Shown here in pieces: positions 55,729-64,000 of a DNA stretch of 64,000 nt. The notes under the pieces were generated by a model, which did no database searches, was not told where the DNA came from, and saw only the letters and a program-made list of their open reading frames with translations. Source of the stretch: an uncultured SAR86 cluster bacterium (GTDB lineage: Bacteria > Pseudomonadota > Gammaproteobacteria > Magnimaribacterales > AG-339-G14); assembly GCA_902632605.1 (NCBI GenBank), contig CACPDB010000004.1, positions 32,511-96,510 on the forward strand. The letters run 5' to 3'. Every line of letters starts with the position of its first letter. The stretch's first letter is position 1. The position numbers were made by a program, and so were the translations under genes.

Positions 55729-58113
55729 TTAATGGGTTTCAAGCTTATCTTTTCTTGATTTTCTTCTTCCAGAAGATTTGGATGAATTTTCTCCTTTTTC
55801 TTCCCAAATTTTAGGTTTTTCAGTCAAAACTAGTTCAAAAACTTCATCAATCCATTTAACAGGTCTAATTTCTAGCTTGGTTTTAATTTTCTCAGGAATT
55901 TCTCTCAAGTCTCCAACATTACCCTCAGGAATCAATACTGTTTTAATGCCCCCTCTCTTTGCAGCCAATAGCTTCTCTTTTAAACCGCCGATTTTAAGAA
56001 CTTCACCTCTTAATGTGATTTCCCCTGTCATAGCTACGTCGGCTCTTACAGGGATTTCAGACAAAACCGAAGCTACAGCAGTACACATGCCAATACCAGC
56101 ACTAGGACCATCTTTAGGAGTTGCTCCTTCTGGAACATGAATGTGAAGATCATTTAATTCATGAAAATCTGGATTAATCCCTAAAGTTTCTGCTCTAGCT
56201 CTAATTACTGAAATAGCAGCTTGTATAGATTCCTGCATTACATCTCCCAACTTTCCAGTTTTAATAATTTTACCTTTCCCTTTAAAAGCTGAGGCTTCAA
56301 TCGTTAAGAGTTCTCCTCCGACTTGAGTCCATGCCAAACCAGTTACCTGACCGATTCGATCTTTATCTTTAGCTTCTCCATAATCAAACTTTTTAACACC
56401 CAAGATATCTTCGAGTATTTTTGGAGTAACTTTAATTAATTTTTTCTCTTTAAGATCAGCAATTTTTTTAATTGTTTTTCTGCAAATTTTTGCTATTTCT
56501 CTTTCTAAAGACCTAACGCCAGCTTCTCTGGTGTAATAACGGATAACATCTAAGATGGAATTATCTGAAATTTTAATTTCAGTTTCATCTAACCCATTAT
56601 TTTTTAGCTGTTTTTTAACTAGATAATCTTTGGCAATACTTAGTTTTTCATCTTCTGTATAACCGGGTAGTCTGATGATCTCCATCCTATCTAACAAAGG
56701 CGCAGGAATATCTAAAGAGTTTGCTGTGCATACAAACATGACATCAGATAAATCATAATCAACTTCAAGATAATGGTCGTTAAAAGTGTGATTTTGTTCG
56801 GGATCTAAAACTTCAAGAAGAGCAGAAGAAGGATCACCTCTATAATCCATCCCCATTTTGTCTATTTCATCAAGAAGAAATAAAGGATTTTTCACTCCTA
56901 CTTTTGACATCTTCTGAAGTATTTTTCCAGGCATAGAACCGATATAGGTTCTTCTATGTCCTCTTATCTCTGCTTCATCTCTGACACCACCTAAGGAGAC
57001 TCTTGTGAATTTTCTCCCAGTTGCTCTTGCAATAGACTCTCCCAAAGAAGTTTTTCCTACACCAGGAGGTCCAACTAAACACAGGACAGGGCCTTTGAGT
57101 TTAGAAACTCTTTTTTGAACAGCAAGATATTCAAGAATTCTTTCTTTAACTTCTTCAAGACCATGATGATCTGTTTCCAGAACCTCGCTAGCATTTTCAA
57201 TACTTTTTTGAATTTTAGACTTCTTCTTCCAAGGAATACTTGTCATCCAATCAATATAACCTCTCACTACTGAAGCTTCAGCTGACATCGGGGGCATGAG
57301 CTTAAATTTATTTAATTCTGTATTTACCTTGTCTTTAGCATCATCTGGCATTCCAGAATCCTTTATTTTCTTTTCAAGAACCTCTACCTCGTCATCGACG
57401 TCTTCACCCTCTCCCATTTCTTTTTTGAGAGCCTTCATTTGCTCACTTAAGTAATACTCTTTTTGGCTCTTTTCCATTTGTTTTTTAACTCTATTACGAA
57501 TCTTTTTTTCCATTTGCGTAAGATCAAGCTGAGTTTCGAGAAGATTAACCAAATTTTTTGCCCTTTCTTCAATGTCTAATTCTTCAAGTAAGATTTGACG
57601 GTCTGCTATGGAAATCGACAGATGTCCAACTAAGGTATCTATTAACTTTTCTAATCTTTCTACCGATCTAACTTGATTCGCAATTTCGGGTCTAATTTTT
57701 TGAGATGTTTTTGAAAGTTCTCTAAATTGCGACTGTAGTGTATTAACATAACTTTTCTTCAGATCCTCTTCCATTTCAGAGTCTTCAAGAATATCAACTT
57801 CTGCTTCTAAAATATCTTTTCCAGCAATCAAGTTTTGTAACTTTGCTCTTTTTATCCCTTCAACTAAAACTTTGTATGTTCCATCGGGCAGTTTAATTAG
57901 TTGCAATATGGTAGAAACAGTTCCGATTTCATATAAATCATTTTGATTGGGATTTTCTGTATTTGCCTCTCTTTGAGCAACCAACATAACTGATTTATCG
58001 TCCGACATAGCTTTTTGAAGAGAATTTATCGACGATTCTCTACCAACAAACAAAGGTGTCACAACACCTGGAAAAATTACAACATCTCTAAGGGGGACTA
58101 ATGGAATATTCAT
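55729..58113 (-). CDS. lon: ATP-dependent Lon protease
   Basis: Walker [10 protein letters not shown], Walker B LLDEIDK, protease Ser motif PKDGPSAG. Confidence 0.97.
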   Translation of the reverse strand: MNIPLVPLRDVVIFPGVVTPLFVGRESSINSLQKAMSDDKSVMLVAQREANTENPNQNDLYEIGTVSTILQLIKLPDGTYKVLVEGIKRAKLQNLIAGKDILEAEVDILEDSEMEEDLKKSYVNTLQSQFRELSKTSQKIRPEIANQVRSVERLEKLIDTLVGHLSISIADRQILLEELDIEERAKNLVNLLETQLDLTQMEKKIRNRVKKQMEKSQKEYYLSEQMKALKKEMGEGEDVDDEVEVLEKKIKDSGMPDDAKDKVNTELNKFKLMPPMSAEASVVRGYIDWMTSIPWKKKSKIQKSIENASEVLETDHHGLEEVKERILEYLAVQKRVSKLKGPVLCLVGPPGVGKTSLGESIARATGRKFTRVSLGGVRDEAEIRGHRRTYIGSMPGKILQKMSKVGVKNPLFLLDEIDKMGMDYRGDPSSALLEVLDPEQNHTFNDHYLEVDYDLSDVMFVCTANSLDIPAPLLDRMEIIRLPGYTEDEKLSIAKDYLVKKQLKNNGLDETEIKISDNSILDVIRYYTREAGVRSLEREIAKICRKTIKKIADLKEKKLIKVTPKILEDILGVKKFDYGEAKDKDRIGQVTGLAWTQVGGELLTIEASAFKGKGKIIKTGKLGDVMQESIQAAISVIRARAETLGINPDFHELNDLHIHVPEGATPKDGPSAGIGMCTAVASVLSEIPVRADVAMTGEITLRGEVLKIGGLKEKLLAAKRGGIKTVLIPEGNVGDLREIPEKIKTKLEIRPVKWIDEVFELVLTEKPKIWEEKGENSSKSSGRRKSRKDKLETH

Positions 58114-58158
58114 AATAACCTCTAACTTTTATATAGGGTCTGAAGAAAAAAAAACAAG

Positions 58159-59421
58159 TTATTGCAATTTTTTTGAATCTAGATCAGTTTCGTAAACCAA
58201 TAAAGGCTTTGAGTCGCCCTTGATACAAGAGGCATCTAAAACAACTTTTTCAAGATTTTCTACAGACGGAACTTCATACATGGTGTCTAAAAGCGACTTT
58301 TCTAAAATTGACCTTAAGCCTCTAGCACCAGTTTTCATTTCTATTGCAAGTTTTGCTATTTCCAATAAAGCATCGTCTCTAATATCGAGTTCTACATCTT
58401 CCATCTCAAAAAGTTTCTTGAATTGTTTTGTTAAAGAATTTTTTGGCTCAGTAAGAATTGTTACAAGCGCATTTTCATCAAGTTCGTCTAAAGTAGCCAT
58501 AACTGGCAATCTACCTACAAACTCAGGAATTAGACCATACTTGATCAAATCTTCAGGTTGAGAATTTTTTATAACCTTCGAATCAAACCCTTGTGTTTTT
58601 TTCTTAACGGATGCTTCAAATCCCATACCTCTTTCATCAGATCTAGCTTTAATTATTTCCTCTAGTCCTGAAAAAGCTCCACCACAAATAAATAAAATAT
58701 TTGATGTATCAACTTGTAAAAATTCTTGTTGGGGATGTTTTCTCCCACCTTGAGGCGGAACTGATGCCGTAGTTCCTTCTACGAGTTTAAGTAATGCCTG
58801 TTGAACTCCTTCACCAGACACATCACGGGTGATTGAAGGATTATCGGATTTTCTTGCGATTTTGTCTATTTCATCAATATAAACAATTCCAACCTGAGCT
58901 TTTTCGACATCGTAATCGCATTTTTGAAGAAGTTTTTGAATTATATTTTCAACATCTTCTCCAACATATCCGGCTTCGGTTAATGTCGTTGCATCCGCAA
59001 TGGTAAAGGGAACATCTAAAAGTCTAGCTAAAGTCTGTGCTAATAAAGTTTTACCACTACCTGTAGGCCCTAAGAGAAGAATATTACTTTTTCCTAACTC
59101 CACATCTTCACTAGAAGACTGTGAGCTTTTTAATTTTTTATAATGATTGTAAACGGCAACAGCTAATGTCTTTTTTGCAGATTCTTGTCCAATGACATAA
59201 TCATCAAGAATAGCTTTGATTTCTTCTGGAACAGGTAATTTTTCTTCGGAGGATTCTTGATTTGTTTCTGCTAAATCTTCTTTGATTATGTCGTTACAAA
59301 GAGATACGCATTCGTCACAAATGTAAACAGAAGGTCCGGCTATTAGTTTTTTAACCTCGGACTGATTCTTTCCGCAAAAAGAACAAAACAATTTTTTATC
59401 TGTTTCTTGATTTTCAGACAT
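58159..59421 (-). CDS. clpX: ATP-dependent Clp protease ATP-binding subunit ClpX
   Basis: Zinc-binding CSFCGK...CDEC, Walker [12 protein letters not shown]-like loop. Confidence 0.97.
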   Translation of the reverse strand: MSENQETDKKLFCSFCGKNQSEVKKLIAGPSVYICDECVSLCNDIIKEDLAETNQESSEEKLPVPEEIKAILDDYVIGQESAKKTLAVAVYNHYKKLKSSQSSSEDVELGKSNILLLGPTGSGKTLLAQTLARLLDVPFTIADATTLTEAGYVGEDVENIIQKLLQKCDYDVEKAQVGIVYIDEIDKIARKSDNPSITRDVSGEGVQQALLKLVEGTTASVPPQGGRKHPQQEFLQVDTSNILFICGGAFSGLEEIIKARSDERGMGFEASVKKKTQGFDSKVIKNSQPEDLIKYGLIPEFVGRLPVMATLDELDENALVTILTEPKNSLTKQFKKLFEMEDVELDIRDDALLEIAKLAIEMKTGARGLRSILEKSLLDTMYEVPSVENLEKVVLDASCIKGDSKPLLVYETDLDSKKLQ

Positions 59422-59423
59422 AC

Positions 59424-60026
59424 CTATTTATCTCTTTTATCAATAACTTTATCTATTAAACCATATTTTACAGCTTCGTCGCCGCTCATAAAATTATCTC
59501 TTTCAGTATCTTGACTCACTTTGTCAATATCTTTTCCACTATGATGAGACAGAATTTCATTCAATTTAGTTCTAATTTTGAGTATTTCCTGAGCATGAAT
59601 TTCAATATCAGTCGCTTGTCCTTGAAATCCTCCCAAAGGTTGATGAATCATAATTCTAGAATTGGGTAGAGCAAATCTTTTACCTTTTGTACCACCTGTA
59701 AGTAAGATTGCTCCCATACTAGAAGCTTGGCCTATACATAAAGTACTTATATCCGGCTTGATATAAGACATAGTATCGTAAATTGACATGCCTGAGGTTA
59801 CTGAACCGCCAGGTGAATTTATATAAATGTTTATGTCTTTTTCAGGATTTTCAGCTTCTAGAAAAAGCAACTGAGCCACAACCAAATTCGCCATATGATC
59901 TTCAATAGGTCCAGTTATAAAGATAACTCTTTCCTTGAGAAGTCTTGAATAAATGTCAAAAGCCCTCTCTCCTCTTGGTGTTTGTTCCACAACCATTGGA
60001 ACAAGCTGATTTTTAATATTTGTCAT
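59424..60026 (-). CDS. clpP: ATP-dependent Clp protease proteolytic subunit
   Basis: Catalytic Ser in GQASSMGA, His in MIHQP. Confidence 0.97.
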   Translation of the reverse strand: MTNIKNQLVPMVVEQTPRGERAFDIYSRLLKERVIFITGPIEDHMANLVVAQLLFLEAENPEKDINIYINSPGGSVTSGMSIYDTMSYIKPDISTLCIGQASSMGAILLTGGTKGKRFALPNSRIMIHQPLGGFQGQATDIEIHAQEILKIRTKLNEILSHHSGKDIDKVSQDTERDNFMSGDEAVKYGLIDKVIDKRDK

Positions 60027-60035
60027 GCTACTAAT

Positions 60036-61328
60036 TTAACCCATAGAAACTACTTCTTCAAAACTTAACGACTCCTCCTCTACTTTAGATTTGCCTTCAA
60101 GATATTCTGCAACTTTATCTTCTAGAACGAGAGACTCAATATTTTTTAGTTGTTCTTCATTACCATATATCCAATTGACATATTGCTCAGGATCTTTAAA
60201 TGACTTTGATTTATCTTCAATTTCTTTCTTCAAAGTATCCTTATCGACAGAAATATTATTTTCTTCAATTAATTTATTTATCAAAACTCCCAACCTGACT
60301 CTTTTAAGAGCATTTTCCTTGAAGTTATCAATAGGGAATTGATCATCCTCTAATTTACTAACATCCATTCCCATTTGTTGAGCGGTATTGTTTCTTAAAT
60401 TATTTGCCTCAGAAATAATCATGCTTTGAGGAATATCAATTTGATTTGAACTTTCGAATACATCAAATATCCTTTGTTTGGTTTTTGCTTTTAAATTTGT
60501 TTTTAAATCAGTTTGAAGTTGTTCTTCTATTTTTTTCTCAAATTCCACTTTTGTTTTTACATCCATATTTATGGATTTAAAAAATTCCTCATCAAGATTG
60601 GGAAGTTTTACCTCTGAAACTTCTTTCATTTTAATTTTAAAGAGAACTTTTTGTCCTTTTAAATTTTCAGCTTGGTAGTCTTCAGGAAAAGTTACTTCTA
60701 TTTCTTTGGTCTCTGAAGCTTTCATTCCGATAATTTGTTCTTCAAAGCCTGGAATCATAGTTTTTGATCCAAGTTCAAGAGAATAATCTTGTGCTTCGCC
60801 ACCCTCAAATTTTTCTTCATTTAAAAAACCTTCGAAATCAATTTTAACAAAATTTCCTTCCTTGCTTTCTTCGTCTACTGGCTCGGCTTTTCCATATCTC
60901 CTTAAAACTAAATCAGTAGCTTTTTTAACGTCTTCATTTGTAACTTTTGAAACAGGTTTTTTGAAGGATAGTGAACCCATTTTTGCAAGAGAAAATTCTG
61001 GATAAATTTCATATAAGACTTCAAATTTAATATCTTTTTTTATATCAAATGATTCTGGAGCAAAACTAGGCTGGCCAACAACAGGTATATTTTCTTCTGA
61101 AATCTTTTTGTAAAAGATATCCCCCATTTTATCCATGATTAGTCGTTGTTTGATTTGGTCTCCATAGTATTTTTCAATTACGTCCAAGGGAGCTTTACCT
61201 TTTCTAAATCCTTTCAGGTCAGAAGAAGATTGCTGAGATAAAAGTCTTTTCTTGAAGTCACTTTCAAGATCTTTAGATGAAATATTTAATTTAAGTTTTT
61301 TCTCTAGACTATTTTTTTTACTGAACAT
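60036..61328 (-). CDS. tig: Trigger factor
   Basis: GFRKGKAP ribosome-binding signature. 430 aa from the ATG at 61328 (AAGGA upstream). The track's upstream extension reads through tRNA-His. Confidence 0.92.
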   Translation of the reverse strand: MFSKKNSLEKKLKLNISSKDLESDFKKRLLSQQSSSDLKGFRKGKAPLDVIEKYYGDQIKQRLIMDKMGDIFYKKISEENIPVVGQPSFAPESFDIKKDIKFEVLYEIYPEFSLAKMGSLSFKKPVSKVTNEDVKKATDLVLRRYGKAEPVDEESKEGNFVKIDFEGFLNEEKFEGGEAQDYSLELGSKTMIPGFEEQIIGMKASETKEIEVTFPEDYQAENLKGQKVLFKIKMKEVSEVKLPNLDEEFFKSINMDVKTKVEFEKKIEEQLQTDLKTNLKAKTKQRIFDVFESSNQIDIPQSMIISEANNLRNNTAQQMGMDVSKLEDDQFPIDNFKENALKRVRLGVLINKLIEENNISVDKDTLKKEIEDKSKSFKDPEQYVNWIYGNEEQLKNIESLVLEDKVAEYLEGKSKVEEESLSFEEVVSMG

Positions 61329-61345
61329 AATATCCTTCATTTTTT

Positions 61346-61422
61346 TGGGGTGGGCGATGGGGCTCGAACCCACGACAACCGGTACCACAAACCAGTGCTC
61401 TACCAACTGAGCTACGCCCACC
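61346..61422 (-). tRNA. tRNA-His (anticodon GTG) with encoded G-1, CCA encoded
   Basis: Reverse complement GGTGGGCGTAGCTCAGTTGGTAGAGCACTGGTTTGTGGTACCGGTTGTCGTGGGTTCGAGCCCCATCGCCCACCCCA; anticodon loop TTGTGGT. Confidence 0.95.
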
Positions 61423-61427
61423 ATTAG

Positions 61428-61504
61428 TGGCCTCCCGGGCAGGATTCGAACCTGCGACCCTCTGCTTAGAAGGCAGATGCTCTATCCAGCTGAGCTACCG
61501 GGAG
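61428..61504 (-). tRNA. tRNA-Arg (anticodon TCT), CCA encoded
   Basis: Reverse complement CTCCCGGTAGCTCAGCTGGATAGAGCATCTGCCTTCTAAGCAGAGGGTCGCAGGTTCGAATCCTGCCCGGGAGGCCA; anticodon loop CTTCTAA. Confidence 0.95.
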
Positions 61505-61544
61505 TAAATTTTTGCTATTGTATAAAAATACTTACGATTAGTCT

Positions 61545-62351
61545 TTACTTACCAAAATTGACTAATGAGCCAAAAAGGAATCTTAATACCTTATTTGGGA
61601 TGAATTTAGATATAAATATCATCGTTTTATTAAAACCTCCTCTAACAACATAAATTTCTTTTCCTTTTAAACAAGCATTTACTCCCTGCACTGCAACTTG
61701 TTTCGCAGACATCAAAAATAAGGAAGGCACATCGGAATATTGCATATTAAATCCGGCTCTTTCATTGAAACCTGTTTCTGTAAATCCTGGGCAAAGAGCA
61801 CAAACATGTACATTATATTCTTTGTAAGTACTGTTTAACGTGATAGTGAATTCATTAACAAAATTCTTTATATTTCCATAAATTCCTATTGCACCGCTTC
61901 CACTTGGAATTATTCCTGCAATTGAGGATACCTGAAGAATCTTTCCAGATTTTCTTTCTTTCATATCTTTGATAAAAAGACGCGTTAATTTTACCAAAGA
62001 GTTCAATAACACATTTAGAAATCCATCAAGTTTTTCAAGATCATACGAATCAAAGTCTTCTGTAAATCCATATCCAGCATTATTTACTAAGAAATCAATT
62101 TCATAGTTGTTATTTTGACAGAAATCATAAATCTCCTGAGGACTTTCAGATTTAGTCAAATCTTTTACCAAAACTATTACTTTTGAGTTTGACTTAGACT
62201 CCACTTCTTCTTTAAGTTCTAATAATTTATCTTCTCTTCTTGCTGTAACAATAATTTGCATGTCAAATTTTGAAAGATATTTGACTATTTCAAACCCAAT
62301 GCCAGAAGAGGAACCCGTGACTAATGCTGTTTTATTTTTCAAATAAGTCAT
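61545..62351 (-). CDS. SDR-family oxidoreductase
   Basis: MTYLKNKTALVTGSSSGIG cofactor motif. Start reset to the ATG at 62351 because the track's upstream 17 codons read through tRNA-Pro. Confidence 0.8.
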   Translation of the reverse strand: MTYLKNKTALVTGSSSGIGFEIVKYLSKFDMQIIVTARREDKLLELKEEVESKSNSKVIVLVKDLTKSESPQEIYDFCQNNNYEIDFLVNNAGYGFTEDFDSYDLEKLDGFLNVLLNSLVKLTRLFIKDMKERKSGKILQVSSIAGIIPSGSGAIGIYGNIKNFVNEFTITLNSTYKEYNVHVCALCPGFTETGFNERAGFNMQYSDVPSLFLMSAKQVAVQGVNACLKGKEIYVVRGGFNKTMIFISKFIPNKVLRFLFGSLVNFGK

Positions 62352-62358
62352 TATTTTT

Positions 62359-62435
62359 TGGTCGGGGTGGAGGGATTTGAACCCCCGACATCCTGCTCCC
62401 AAAGCAGGCGCGCTACCAGACTGCGCTACACCCCG
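62359..62435 (-). tRNA. tRNA-Pro (anticodon TGG), CCA encoded
   Basis: Reverse complement CGGGGTGTAGCGCAGTCTGGTAGCGCGCCTGCTTTGGGAGCAGGATGTCGGGGGTTCAAATCCCTCCACCCCGACCA; anticodon loop TTTGGGA. Confidence 0.95.
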
Positions 62436-62474
62436 TTAATTTTTAAATAAGGGGTGGTATGATAACAAATAACC

Positions 62475-63320
62475 ATGGCTATAGTACTCGACGGAAAAAA
62501 ATTATCACTTGAATCAGAAAATGATTTTTCCAAACGCGTTGAAAAAATTAAGGCCAAAAATCATTCCACTCCTATATTGGCTACAATTTTAGTTGGAAGT
62601 GATCCTGCTTCGGCAACTTATGTCAAAATGAAAGGCAATGCTTGTAAAAGAGTTGGAATGGACTCTTTGAAAATAGAACTCGATGAAGCTACAACTACTT
62701 CGGAGTTGATAAAAAAAATTAAAGAACTTAATGCTAATGAAGATGTTCATGGAATATTATTGCAGCATCCTGTTCCAGAACATATCGATGAAAGATCTTG
62801 TTTTGATGCGATAGATATAAAAAAAGATGTTGATGGAGTAACTAGTTTGGGTTTTGGAAGAATGAGCATGCAGGAAAGAGCATATGGCTCTTGTACTCCT
62901 TATGGCATTATGCGTCTCTTGAAAGAATATAAAATTCCTTTAGAAGGAAAGTCGGCGGTTGTTGTTGGAAGAAGTCCAATTTTGGGAAAACCTATGGCAA
63001 TGATGTTATTGAATGAAAATGCGACAGTAACAATTTGTCATTCTAGAACAAAAAATTTGCCTGAAATTATATCTACCGCAGATATTGTTGTCGGCGCAGT
63101 CGGCATTCCAAAATTTATTAAAAGTGATTGGATCAAAGACAATGCCGTTGTAGTAGATGCAGGATATCATCCTGAAAAATGTGGTGATATCGATCTTGAA
63201 GGCGTTATTTCAAGATCATCCGCTTACACTCCTGTTCCTGGTGGTGTTGGACCAATGACTATTAATACTTTAATTATGCAAACTTTAGAAAGCTGCGAAG
63301 CTCATCTAGGTCTTGATTAA
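62475..63320 (+). CDS. folD: Bifunctional methylenetetrahydrofolate dehydrogenase/cyclohydrolase
   Basis: [16 protein letters not shown]...GILLQHPVP...[18 protein letters not shown]...[11 protein letters not shown]. Confidence 0.95.
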   Translation: MAIVLDGKKLSLESENDFSKRVEKIKAKNHSTPILATILVGSDPASATYVKMKGNACKRVGMDSLKIELDEATTTSELIKKIKELNANEDVHGILLQHPVPEHIDERSCFDAIDIKKDVDGVTSLGFGRMSMQERAYGSCTPYGIMRLLKEYKIPLEGKSAVVVGRSPILGKPMAMMLLNENATVTICHSRTKNLPEIISTADIVVGAVGIPKFIKSDWIKDNAVVVDAGYHPEKCGDIDLEGVISRSSAYTPVPGGVGPMTINTLIMQTLESCEAHLGLD

Positions 63321-64000
63321 TTTTTCCAGTATTCGTCTTTAAGAAGTCTTTTATAAAGTTTCCCAGTTGGATGTCTAGGAAGCTCTTCTCTAAAATCTAT
63401 AGATTTGGGACACTTCACATGAGATATATTTTCCCGACAATACGCCATCAGTTCTGCCTCAAGGTCTTCTCCTGCAAGGTTCATATCTTCAGGTTGAACT
63501 ACAGCTTTTACCTCTTCACCCATTTCTTCATTTGGAACACCAAAAACAGCAACATCAGCGACTTTAGGGTGCATGATTAATGCATCTTCCGTCTCTTTTG
63601 GATAAATGTTTACTCCTCCAGAAATAATCATAAAAGCTTTTCTATCTGTTAAGTATAGAAAACCATCTTCATCTAAATAGCCTATATCTCCAAGGGTTGT
63701 ATAGCCTTGTTTTGAAGTAGCACCTTTAGTTTTTTCTTTGTCATTGTGATATGAAAATCCATTTGCAGTAGGTCCTTCAAAGTAAATTGTGCCCTCTTCT
63801 CCAACAGGTACTTCATTTTGATCATCATCTAAAATATGTATTGGGCCAAGTAAGGACTGACCAACTGTACCCTTATGGGAGAGCCACTGTTCTGAATTGC
63901 ATGCAACAAAACCATTAAATTCAGTTCCTGCATAGTATTCATTAATGATAGGGCCCCACCAATCTATCATTTTCTCTTTCACCTCTACTGGACAAGGAGC
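63317..64000 (-). CDS. AMP-dependent acyl-CoA synthetase/ligase, C-terminal part (N-terminus beyond window)
   Basis: The reading frame is open to position 64000. [20 protein letters not shown]-terminal subdomain ...[15 protein letters not shown]. Confidence 0.85.
   Translation of the reverse strand, partial: APCPVEVKEKMIDWWGPIINEYYAGTEFNGFVACNSEQWLSHKGTVGQSLLGPIHILDDDQNEVPVGEEGTIYFEGPTANGFSYHNDKEKTKGATSKQGYTTLGDIGYLDEDGFLYLTDRKAFMIISGGVNIYPKETEDALIMHPKVADVAVFGVPNEEMGEEVKAVVQPEDMNLAGEDLEAELMAYCRENISHVKCPKSIDFREELPRHPTGKLYKRLLKDEYWKN

Noticed and set aside
61329-61424. N-terminal extension of the trigger-factor ORF (MVGVAQLVEHWFVVPVVVGSSPIAHPKK...)
   Set aside because: The extension is the translation of tRNA-His. 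The true start is the ATG at 61328 (or 61340), preceded by AAGGA, and it gives a length matching E. coli Tig.
62352-62402. N-terminal extension of the SDR ORF (MGAGCRGFKSLHPDQKI)
   Set aside because: It is the translation of tRNA-Pro. The SDR cofactor motif begins right after the ATG at 62351.

Overview
This is a strongly AT-rich (roughly 30% GC by eye), extremely gene-dense chromosomal segment. Most intergenic spacers are 0-60 nt, and many stop/start or stop/stop overlaps occur. I support about 62 protein-coding genes and 6 tRNA genes: Arg-ACG, Ser-GGA, Ala-GGC, His-GTG, Arg-TCT and Pro-TGG. I also support one csrA gene missing from the ORF track, two clear intrinsic terminators and one duplicated promoter/operator module. 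I saw no rRNA, CRISPR array, transposase, integrase or prophage genes. The right third carries a conserved housekeeping block, tRNA(Pro-Arg-His)-tig-clpP-clpX-lon-hupB-ppiD, plus fabI, folD, gltX, dnaQ, rnhA, gloB and mltD. That gene order is typical of Gammaproteobacteria. Together with the low GC, the multiple GPH-type transporters, a TonB-dependent receptor and the many lipid/xenobiotic enzymes, it fits a streamlined marine gammaproteobacterium such as a SAR86-like lineage; this is an inference and was not verified. The rest is accessory metabolism: a P450, an AlkB-like hydroxylase with a ferredoxin, family III CoA-transferases, SDRs, a thioesterase, an alkylsulfatase-like MBL protein, a TauD-family dioxygenase, a Gfo/Idh/MocA-AKR fusion, DUF3604 with a rhomboid, and a MoxR-VWA pair. 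The most unusual observations: (1) A 475-nt spacer holds a duplicated ~135-nt bidirectional promoter module with Fur-box-like palindromes, flanking a GC-rich 147-nt insert that is either a 48-codon ORF or an sRNA. (2) A TauD / oxidoreductase-fusion / GPH-transporter / alkylsulfatase island may be an organosulfur or sulfosugar pathway. (3) A DUF3604 gene is translationally coupled to a rhomboid protease gene. (4) An AlkB-family hydroxylase is paired with a free-standing plant-type 2Fe-2S ferredoxin. (5) A photolyase-related protein has what looks like a permuted domain order. (6) tRNAs sit 1-3 nt after stop codons inside operons. All functional calls come from by-eye motif recognition; no database search was possible.
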